This document shows positions 10,272 through 20,590 of a DNA stretch of 39,551 nucleotides, one piece after another; position 1 is the first letter of the stretch, and every line of letters begins with the position of its first letter. The notes under the pieces were generated by a model that worked only from the letters and a program-made list of their open reading frames with translations, was not told the DNA's origin and did not search any database. The stretch lies in contig JARFOE010000013.1 of assembly GCA_031763465.1 (NCBI GenBank), forward strand, positions 13,741,850-13,781,400, in the 5' to 3' direction. This DNA comes from Squatina squatina (taxonomy: Eukaryota). Made by a program: the position numbers and the translations under genes.

Positions 10272-10461
10272 CTGGATATCTCCAGAGACAGGAGTGTAGT
10301 AGTCGGAAGATTTCTGTCATGTTCTTCAAAATGTCAATTAAGGCTAAGATGTCTCCACTATAGCTGGTCCCTCCCTCGGAGGTGTCTGCCAGCTTTTTTA
10401 TGATTGCTGACACTCCTTCGCCTATTAACCCTCGCTGGGCCTTCGACAAGTGTTCCTTTGT
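10272..10461 (-). CDS. ADGRB1: ADGRB1 GAIN subdomain-A exon ([63 protein letters not shown]), frameshifted in this assembly
   Basis: Acceptor tttctttaacctgcAG (10463-10462) and donor CAG|GTTAGT (10271-10270). Strong match to BAI1 TREHLAKAQRGL...NMTEIFRRAYYSPTPGDVQ, but 190 nt rather than 195 nt. Confidence 0.92.
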
Positions 10462-11214
10462 CTGCAGGTTAAAGAAACATGCTGCGTAATGCACAAGACT
10501 GGGCGAAGATATGCAAAATCCTAGGAGTATAAATTGATTTCACACACAAAATGTCCTTTTTCCTATATTCTTCATGGAATCAATAAGGTATGCAGCTAAT
10601 AGACATGAAAATATCTGGAAGTACTACACAACAATCTGAACATATGTGCAGTAAACAATGGAATTAAGTTGTGGTTAGGTGAATATGGATATTTTTCATA
10701 CTTGTGACACACATCTTAATTTTTAAAGTACTTAATCGTGTAATATTGTTTCNNNNNNNNNNNNNNNNNNNNNNNNNNNNNNNNNNNNNNNNNNNNNNNN
10801 NNNNNNNNNNNNNNNNNNNNNNNNNNNNNNNNNNNNNNNNNNNNNNNNNNNNGACATGCTGGTTCGTGGTCTGTGTTTTCAAATTCCTAACCCATGTCCA
10901 CCATTTTGTTCCATGTTGCCTGGTCCTGGTTTTATGATCTCAAAAACCCACCATTTTGGCCCGATTCTTACAGGGCTCTATGTATGTCAGAGGATCCTGA
11001 TTAGTATATATTAATAAGGTTTCTGCCTGATTCAGGCGAGTGCCTCAGCTATCAGCAAAAACAATAGAGTTAACACTGCTGTGGGATGCAAATGGAGTGT
11101 CAAATAAAGTTGTTCAATTTTATCTCCTGTCCTCCTGGTTTCTGCCAGGTGGAGGGTGCAAAAATTCCACTGATATTCTAACTGCAGCCTAACCAATTAT
11201 TTGTATCTGTTTAA

Positions 11215-11620
11215 TACTTGCTTTTACACTTGATACTCCTATTTATAAAATCTCAGATCCCATATCCATTTTTCCAGCTTTATCAAATTCTGCTCTCATT
11301 TTTAATAATATGTGTATCTGAACCCTTTTGACTCTTTGCTCCCCTACCCTTCTTAAAGTTTTGTAATTTAGTGCATATGGCTTCTCCTTCTATATCCCAA
11401 AATGTACCACCTCATATGTCTCCATATTAAATTTCATCTGCCTTCCATCTGCTCAATCTATTAACCTGTCTAGGGCCTTCCAAAGTCACTAATGGACCTC
11501 TTCACAGTAATCACACTCTGTTTTTTTTGTTGTCTGAAAACGTTGATGTTGTGACCCCATCCTCGCCCCAGATCATTTATATACATTGAGAATAGCAATA
11601 GTCCTAACACTGACCCTGTC
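11215..11620 (-). mobile_element. Decayed CR1 LINE reverse-transcriptase fragment
   Basis: The minus strand reads GSVLGLLLFSMYINDL near 11570-11617, the RT motif GSVLGPLLFxIYINDL. Confidence 0.75.
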
Positions 11621-12072
11621 GAAATCCTGGGTTCAACTCATTTCAATATAGCTGGGCGTGTCTCGTCAACGATTGGCCAGTTATGCCAGGAGGCCCAGAA
11701 AATACATGGGGAGAGAGACAGAGGAAGCACTTAAGGGAGCAGCATGCGGGATTTAAAGCTAAATAACTTGCACCCACATATGGTTTACACTATTAAATGC
11801 TACTGTTCAACAATCATAAATGGCTTCTTTTTTTGATGTTCATACTCTGCGGAGACCTCTTATATGAGCCTAGCTGGAAGAAAAAATAGACAGCAAGCAA
11901 TCATCACATTTCTCATTCTCCTTGTTTACACAGAAGCCTGGATATAAGAAAGATGCCACAGAGACAGAAAAGGAACCAGTGCCAGAACCTTCAACATCTG
12001 ACATTGAGCAGAAATGTTCACACTTCATCATGAATTCTATATTACAACATAGCCACAGCCCAAAATATTTAC

Positions 12073-12237
12073 CTGGGCACTTTTTGTCATTGCACAACCT
12101 GTACTCCTCTTGAGGCCCATCACACTGCAATCCTCCAAAATGTGGCCCAGAGCATACCCTCACTCGAAGCTGTGTCCCACCATCGCAACTTTTGGTGCAT
12201 GGTTCCCAACTGCTCCATTTTTGCCATTTTCCATCCA
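12073..12237 (-). CDS. ADGRB1: ADGRB1 thrombospondin type-1 repeat 5 exon ((V)[54 protein letters not shown])
   Basis: 165-nt phase 1-1 exon with acceptor tcttgtgttacAG (12239-12238) and donor G|GTAAAT (12072-12071). Has the WxxWxxW and six-Cys TSR pattern; closer to BAI1 (VDGKWQ..CSGPFFGG..GPQDEYR) than to BAI3. Confidence 0.95.
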
Positions 12238-12649
12238 CTGTAACACAAGACATCAATGTTGCTAATAGACCTCCATTTACCTGGTTCATTTAAAGTCTTA
12301 GTCATCAGGAATTTAGAGCTCCAGCACCCTCCGCAATCCAGCATCACATGACATCGACTGCTTGTAGCCTACGCCGAGACAGTTGTATTGGCTGTTATGC
12401 TTATAATTAGCACAAAACTATATATGGCAACACAGTAAAAGTGCTTACTTCATAGCCAGATAGCTATGGGTTAGAGTTTCAGGCCTTTCTGACAAGTAAA
12501 TTCAACATTAAATTTCAAACAGGGAAAAAAAACATATTTTTGAAGAAAATATCTGGGATACAAGTACAAGAGCTTACGAATAACAGAGTGGGCATATTGA
12601 GTAAAAAGTGCAAGATACTTCAGGAACTAGCCTAAATGAAAGTATTTGT

Positions 12650-12772
12650 AGGTCCTGACAAAAGGTCATCGAACTGAAATGTTAACTTTGTTTCTCTCTC
12701 CACAGAGGAGTATTTCCAGCATTTGCTGTTTTGAATTCAGATTTCCAGCATCCACAGTGGTTTGCTTTTGTG
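12650..12772 (+). mobile_element. Penelope-like element terminal fragment
   Basis: CTGACAAAAGGTCATCGAACTGAAATGTTAACTTTGTTTCTCTCTCCACAGA...CAGATTTCCAGCATC resembles the common shark Penelope-derived repeat (recalled, not searched). Confidence 0.55.
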
Positions 12773-14679
12773 AAAGTATTTGTACTGAGGAAGCAGAAGG
12801 TTCTGCTGCTACCTCTTGCCAGCATTACCTTACATATCAAAAGGTTAAAAAAAGAATTTCACTTACGATGCTGCCCATATTCAGCCCTTGTTATCTAAGA
12901 GGAAGACAGTGTGGAGAAAGAATGGGTTTGCAGCTCATCTTATCAAATGGACTGTGGTTGGGTTGAGTATAACATCAGACCATCATTTCGACTTTGCCAA
13001 AGTATCGTCAATGAGGGTGAAGTCTCAACTGAAGCTACCCTTCAGCTAATCCAATTTTAATATTCACAAAAGGTGAAATTGACTGTCAGATTGACATCAT
13101 ACTTCTTCACTGTTAAGGCGGTACTATGTCCCCAGAATGTTAAAACAGAGTACTATAAATCAGAAAATCCTTCCTCACTAATCAAGGGAGACAATCATAT
13201 TAAAATGGTACGTAGTGCAGGGTGCTCACTTCAATAATCCTGACAATAAACTATTGCTTGGAACAAGCCTGCCAAAGCAGAGATCATTTCATGAGCCAAC
13301 AGTTGCTATGCAACATTACCAGCTTCCTATTATTAACCCCATCATATTCAACAAGGCCCAGGCCACTTACATAAGTGTTTTCAGACTCTGATTCACTATG
13401 CCGTTGGGCAATGCTTTGTCAGCGTCAAGAAAAATATAACTAATGACATCTAGCTATCGTCCCGAAAAGAGGATATGGAGTGGCTCTTTCACCAATATGT
13501 TTTGAGATTTGCAGCTGTTGTAGACCCCATGGACAAAAATGAGGCAAGCACCCATTCAGATAATATGCAGATCATAAATTTGCCAAAAGTGCAGCATAAG
13601 GTCCAGGAATTGGACCAAGACATCGGGTCCCAGTCTTGTTGGTGAGTTTCCAGTGAGGCCGGTTTGCAGTGTAACCTCCATTTGTCCTACACGTAACCAC
13701 TAATGTCAGAGCCAGGGGGAGAGAATTCCCAAGCTGTGAGATTCCTCGGCTCCAGCTTGCATTACACTGGGCTGCCGGTATGCCAGGATGAACAAAACGT
13801 ACTGGCTCACTCGTCGTGTGTGGGGGTCACCTGGCAGTCTTGATTCCTGACCTGGGCCCCTGAGGAAAACATCTATCCGGGGAGAGATTAAAAAGGGGGC
13901 CAATAGGTCCTTCAATAAATATCTCATGTACAGGATTCCTGTCTGAAGAGAGGCTGCCCAGCACCGCATTATCTGCCCCCCTGTTCTGGTGGAGCCTAAG
14001 ATGTGCCAATAATGGCAAGGGCACTATTCAAATTAGAGAACCTCCCCATGACCCTGGATACTTTGACAGAGTCAGTGGTAGAAATTTATGGTGGGCACAT
14101 ATCAGAACTTACACTGGATAAGAAGGCCCGTGGATTATTGAGGCCTGGATGTTTTCCCAGTAGTATTAAGAACACAGATTAGAATCTAATAAAATAAATA
14201 ACTGAAAATTCGGGTTAAGGTTCATGCTCCAGCTGATACTGAAATCTTGAAGTTCATCCCGGCCANNNNNNNNNNNNNNNNNNNNNNNNNNNNNNNNNNN
14301 NNNNNNNNNNNNNNNNNNNNNNNNNNNNNNNNNNNNNNNNNNNNNNNNNNNNNNNNNNNNNNNNNTGCATGGGGTCTCTGGGTGGCGGGGAGCTTGGACA
14401 TCTCTGATGATCACCAGGTGCCAGAGTTTCTGGCTACATGCGGGTCCGGGGTTACCTGAGATGTACCTGTAGTGGCACAGGTGCTCAGTGGCCCCATGCA
14501 ATGGGCTACCCTCCCACTAACCCTACAAACTCCAGTGGGGTCAAAACTGGACACCATTGATAAGCAGAAACCCAGCGTTACTGTCAAGATTGTAGCCCAT
14601 GCAATTTCAAGGCCTGAATCTTGTGAAAAGTATTTCAAGCGATTGCTGGATGCATGTACCATAGTGGTTTTACTGGTTA

Positions 14680-15065
14680 AAAAAAATCTAATTGAAGTGC
14701 TTAGAATGATAAAAGGATTTGATTGAGTAGATACAGAAAAACTATTTCCTTTGGTGGGACAATCCTGAGCAAAAGCCAGGATCATAAAATTAGAGCCTGG
14801 GCCATTTAGGAGTGAAATCAGGAAGCCCTTTTTGTAGTGAATGTAGTGAAAATCTGGAATTCTTGCAACCCACCACCCACCAAAAAAGTCTGTTGAAGTT
14901 TGGTCAATTAAAATGATCAGAATTGAGATGTGCATGATTTTTGCTATGTAAGGGTATCAAGAGATATGGAGCAAGGGCTGGTAAATGCAGGTGAGTTTCA
15001 GATGAACCATGATCTAATGGAATTGTGGAATAGGCACTGGGCTGAATGGCTTGCTGGTCCTATTT
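14680..15065 (+). mobile_element. CR1 LINE 3' fragment
   Basis: CTAATTGAAGTG...ATGATAAAAGGATTTGAT...AGGAGTGAAATCAGGAAGC...TGGAATTCT...GGCTGAATGGCTTGCT follows the CR1 ORF2 end and 3'UTR pattern. Confidence 0.7.
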
Positions 15066-17789
15066 TAATTTTCTTGTGTAGTACTTCACATTTCCATATT
15101 AAATTTCACTTGCGATTGTTTTGCCCACCTCATTTTGTAGTTCCCAAGCTGTCTCATCAGATTCAACTGTGAATTGAGTTTCTGAATCCAGGTCATTAAT
15201 ATAAATTGGAAAGGGTTCTGACACTGATTCATCGAACAAATAATGTGCTACTTCCTAATCTACCAATTTCTTATACATTCCCAGGTTTTACCCTGAATCG
15301 CCACCACTTTTAATTTTATGTGGAACGCAGATATATTTATTTTTGGAGGTTAAGGTACAAGGTCATAGAGCTTTCCACAATCCACTTGGAAAAAGTCAAG
15401 GAGATTTCATCACACAGGCTCTTCCTCTTCTGAATTCATGTTGGCTGCTATTTACTCCCAATAACCTTGGAGTAAATCTCACTCACTAGAGCTGAGTTGA
15501 GGAAAAAAAAGACATGTCGATGCACCTCGTTCTCAAAAGAAAGCTCCACATACTTAAGTTGTTACAATCTGTCTCCTTTACATTTTGGTTTCCAATAGCA
15601 ACAAACTTTACATTTGGAATGATCCTCAAAGCTGTTACACATACACAGTGTGTAAACTAATGCAACGTATAGCAGAACTGTTACTTGGGACAAGGTAGTC
15701 ACAAGCAAGATAACCCAACTTGTTCCATAAGCCAGTTATTACATGGAGCAGTTGCATATAGATAAAAATGCAAGGCAGGCAGGAGTGCAGTGACTGACCT
15801 GACAGGCATTGCGTATTTTTGTAAGTGGAGTGACACCACTGGGAGGAGGCAGCTGCATTGCATTGGCTGCAGTATAATCACGATCAGTACTGAGCAAACT
15901 TTAAATGGCTCATCAATAACCTTTCTGATGATGGCAGAGAGCCCAATGTCCCATCAGCTTTTCACCATCATTAAAAATTAACTGGCATTTAGATATTGGT
16001 GAACTGAGTTTTATGCATGTCTCCTTGTACCGTTACACAGAACTTTCCTTCGTTTGACAATGAGACTGAAGTGAAATCACTGAAATAATGCATGTCTGCC
16101 GACCGTGCAGCATTTTAAGTCACTACAAGTCTGAAATTGGTACTTGTGTTATAATGGCACTCAACTAATAAAAAAAAACACTAAGTCACAATTGATAAAA
16201 ACAAATTCAACTTATCCAGAAAATGTAAAATATGGCAATAACTTTTCTATGGCTAGAAAGATTACATAGACAGTTAAGGGAATAGAAGAGTTTGAGAAAA
16301 AACACATCTTTTCATTTCATTCACATGCACTTTCAGCAGTGGCTATCAAATATTTTTCAATAAAGTATTTACCCTTTACGATCATTTCAAACTATCATAT
16401 AGTCTGGGTTGACTAAAAAAAAATCATATTATCTTTCTTGAAAGGCACATACAAAAGTAAGGAAGTTACTTTCCAAATGTTAGGTGACATTGCATTACAG
16501 CAAAGTAAAAATTATGCAATGAAAACTAAAATTCAGCAGTTAAAGCTACACTGAATAAGTTGAAGTCAGGAATTTATGGGAACACTATTCTTTGAACTCT
16601 GGATCCAAGGTTAAAGCCAGACCAGAGAGAATGAAGGTTTCCTTTTTCTGACATCTGCTAAGAGTCCTCAGCAAAGTGAGTCTGTCAAGTTTTAATCCTG
16701 CATCCACAGTACAAGTCCACATCTCACCACAGTTCTGAAAACTGAGCACTGATCGAGAAGGTGACTGGAGCGGTGATGGAAAGGGAGNNNNNNNNNNTAA
16801 ATGTCTCGAGGAAATGAAAGTGCGTGGGATGGAAACGTCACATTGGTGCCTTTGGTGTTGGCTTTGAGGTTGGCACATACTGTCAGGGCAAACTTAAGGA
16901 CATCAGCATTACATCAGACCAAAGTCATTCTTGACCTTGGAACTTTGATGCAGTTACTGGCAATTTCCCAGCGCTGTCAAGGTCAAATACCTTGATAGCT
17001 CACAAGCACAGATCGAAATTAAGAGAGAGCTGGGATAAATAAGTGAAGGCAATGCACAGCAACAACAAGTGTTTCCATTAGTTCAAGCAAACCTGGACAC
17101 ACTGCTGAATTGTTGCATAGTCTCATTTCTCGCAGAGGTCCACTACACGAGGTGCCATATGGAGATGATACACNNNNNNNNNNNNNNNNNNNNNNNNNNN
17201 NNNNNNNNNNNNNNNNNNNNNNNNNNNNNNNNNNNNNNNNNNNNNNNNNNNNNNNNNNNNNNNNNNNNNNNNNTACAAGAGACTTCTTTTTGACCTGGGG
17301 TGCAATTCTAATAAAAATTTATTTGAAGTAGAAACACCATTGACTTTCTAGCTAACCATTTATAATTTACCAATGCAAATTATGACTAAAAATCCAGTTT
17401 TTGACTAAAGCCCAGCTCATTAATTATCCCCAGGAGATCATTAAGGCATTTGCTGGTTGAACAGGAGACCTGCAATGAAATATTAAGGCTTTAGTTATTT
17501 CTTCCCCTTTTCATTTCACACCCATTGTATCTTAAACTGAAAGTATGTGTGATTAAAAAAATCCACTTAGAAATCAAGCTGGAAAACGGTACCACACTTA
17601 CTGCAACCAAGATTTTTTTGAGGTAATGAAAAACAAACAAAAAAAAAGTCATGCAGGTTTAGAGGCGATAGAGATACATCATTTTATGAAAATTTGAGCA
17701 CAGTTTCGTAGTGAAAGCTTTGGCAGACACACACAATGGGCTGGAGAAAGGGTTAGTATCAAACAAGGGCTTTGCATTTCCCCACTTAC

Positions 17790-17897
17790 CTGTCTGAGAT
17801 AAGGAGTATCCATAGCGATAGAAACCGTCAACATCTTTGTGTTTCCTGTAGTCTATTGACCTCAGTGATTGACTTCTGGAATTATAGCGTCCATATG
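17790..17897 (-). CDS. ADGRB1: ADGRB1 exon: linker between TSP1 and TSP2 (YGRYNSRSQSLRSIDYRKHKDVDGFYRYGYSLSQT-G)
   Basis: 108-nt phase 1-1 exon with acceptor ttgccttgccatAG (17899-17898) and donor G|GTAAGT (17789-17788). SRSQSLRS.D and terminal QTG match the BAI1 linker. Confidence 0.88.
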
Positions 17898-18304
17898 CTA
17901 TGGCAAGGCAATGGCTTGTGTAAATAACCTTTGCTTTCATTTTAAGCATATTAAGGATCACAATTTTACAATGCAAATCACTTAATGCAGGAGAATTGAC
18001 ACATTAGGGCAGACCTTTTCCCCAATTTAAGGCCACAACCTTTAAAAAGAAATATTTTACCCTGGCTAACACGGATTTCAAAATCATCTCCAAAAATTAA
18101 ATCTGAAGCTGCTCTGTGTTTCCTTAAACTGAAAAAAAATCTTTACCAAGGACAACTGGTCTTTATGGCAAGATTATTGGCTGCTGAAGGCTTACAGGTC
18201 TGAANNNNNNNNNNNNNNNNNNNNNNNNNNNNNNNNNNNNNNNNNNNNNNNNNNNNNNNNNNNNNNNNNNNNNNNNNNNNNNNNNNNNNNNNNNNNNNNN
18301 NNNN

Positions 18305-18490
18305 TCTTTTATGTTCACCTGAGAGGACGGACGGGGTCTCGGATTAATGCCGCATCCGAAAGATGGCACCTCTAACTGGTACTGCACTGGGAGTGTCAAC
18401 CTAGATTTTTGTGCTGAAGTTTCTGGAGTGGGACAATTACCCCACAGCCTTCTGACCTGGAGGCAAGAGCGCTGCCCACTGAGCCCCAGC
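18305..18490 (-). mobile_element. tRNA-headed SINE (SacSINE1/DeuSINE-like), 5' part
   Basis: The reverse complement begins GGCTCAGTGGGCAGCGCTCTTGCCTCC..GTCAGAAGG..GTGGGT, homologous to 26352-26461. Confidence 0.75.
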
Positions 18491-19959
18491 TGATACCTCT
18501 GGCACCATCTATACTTCGTTTCTGGAGGCACGCAAATAAACCAGTTTCCACGAATTGTCACAGTACACCTGGATCAATGTGGTATGGGGCAGGTGCAGAA
18601 TTCATCACCTCTACTGGAAAGTGTCTGTCCCAGCTCTAACTGGGAATGGCAGGTCCTGCTTCGGGTCTGCAATCCACCCCCACACGACTTGGTGCAGTCA
18701 CCCCAAGACGACCAGGCATCCCAGCCACCTAGTCAAGAACCAGAGCAGTATGAGATACAGGACTTTTCTTTTTTAATTTCCCGGCGCTTCTAAGCTACAT
18801 TCGCTAACTACAGTCAAGCCCATAAGAACAAATGAATGCATCATGCAATGAGCTTTGCCAGCAGGACCAGTAAAGCACTCTACTTCCAAGCCCCTTCCCT
18901 CTCTCCTTTCCTCTGCTCATCAGCCTGCAGTCAGTGGTATTCCTGCAGAGGAGGAAGACCTGCTGGCTGAGATCAAGGCACAAACAAAACAGGATGGCTT
19001 TGCAGCACTTTGGAGGTCTATCAGTTTTCTGTGCTTGAAACCAGACTTTGGCATCAATATGAAGAGTTATCATGCTACAATCTCTAACTTGTTAAGACAG
19101 TGCACAGTCTCTAACCGTTCGACCATCCTTTGAACGGCAGCAGCTGAGATAATTTACCCTCAGTTGCTGAATGGAAATAGTTGAGCTCATTTGAGGACAC
19201 CTGGGAGATATTGTGATGGACTGAACCACAAGGTTGGGGGAAAGCAGAAAACCATAAAAAGTAATGAAAAGATTGAAAAAAAAAAATCGAAATAAGAAAA
19301 TTAAATATGGAAATGCAAAAAATAAATCTTTACAGTGTAATTTGAAGGCAGTAATGAATTTTTTGTGTACTGTCTTTGGAGCATAAAGGTATATACAAAG
19401 AATAATGATTGGCTCATCTTGTGATTTGATCATTTGATTGTTCAGCCAATCATCAATTTGTTGAGACAGTGCACAGCTGCATCCATTATTGCTTGCATCG
19501 TGGTCTTTTATAAAGAAAAGTTCCAATTGGCTGACAACTGTGTAAACACACACTTTGAATGAACAATGTCACCCAGTTTCATCACCTTTCATCGCTTTGT
19601 ATTAGAGTAATGCTCAAAAAACCAATAAAGTCCACAGACAGCTATACAATGAATTGCAGGGAGATTACTGAAAGAGAAAAAAGTGCAGAGTGATGTTGGA
19701 CCGCAGACCCCATAGAAAAGCAATTGGGGTGGTGCAGTCCGCCACTAAGAAGTTGGATTCTTTTTCAGCAACTCACTGCTGTCAAATATTTGCCACATTT
19801 AATGAGCCAGATTTTTTCAGCTCAGGAGGTTTGGAAATAAAATGTATTCAGTGATAAACATTTTATCTCACTTCAATCAAACGCTCGATTGCAGAGGCAT
19901 CAATAAATACTGTAACTTAGATGAAGGAAAGTGCATCTCCGTTCTCAAATGGTTTTACC

Positions 19960-20590
19960 TCAAGAAAGAGGGCAGGAGGAAGTGAGGCAGATAAAGAGGC
20001 GAGAGGAGGCTGCGAGTCCAAGTTTAAAGGAATAGGCGGCAGGGAACAAACAAATTAAAGTGAAGGGCATTGAAGAGACAGAGTAGAGGGAGGGCTAGAA
20101 CAAGAATTTGAGAGCTGCGAGGGAAAGAAAGGATAGGCAGGGGACAAGGTTTTGACACAAACAGAAGAGAGTTGGATAAGTGAAGGAGAGAGAGTGCAAG
20201 AGAAAAGGCCAGGTTGAGAGTACAAAGGATCAAAGGACCAAGTCGGAGAAGTAATCAAGAGCTGTAAAGGAGGGAGCAAACTTCAACAGCACTAAAAGAA
20301 ACAGAGAAATGTGGAAAAGATTGATACTATTAAGGGAATGAGGTGCTAGCAAAAAAGAGTAAGACATCAAGATCAGCAAAGGAAAGGGCGAGCAAAATAA
20401 TGAAGCATCAAGACTGGTCAGGGAAGCCGGTACAGCAATGAGACTATGGCTGAGATCAATACAAGAAAGGTGGCAAGCAGGCACAGAGGAATATTGCAAT
20501 TGGTAAGACAGACATGTGGGAAGGATAGAGATTAAGAATAGTGATTAAAATTAAGGACAGGCAAGGGGAAAAGCAATAATGAAAACACTT
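19960..20590. repeat. Purine-skewed (GA-rich) low-complexity tract
   Basis: Strong A/G excess on the plus strand for about 600 bp with no clear unit. Yields spurious L/S/F-rich minus-strand ORFs. Confidence 0.7.

Noticed and set aside
15760-15820. Minus-strand peptide AMPVRSVTALLP resembling SLC13 exon 2 (ALPLSVTALLP)
   Set aside because: The match is short and needs an insertion, the flanks lack the conserved MAxxW and downstream motifs, and there are no fitting splice sites. Likely chance, though worth including in a TBLASTN check.
18855-19133. 92-aa plus-strand ORF with EEEDLLAEIKAQ, vaguely SNARE-like
   Set aside because: It lies upstream of the TSNARE1 start codon and antisense within ADGRB1, with no convincing homology.
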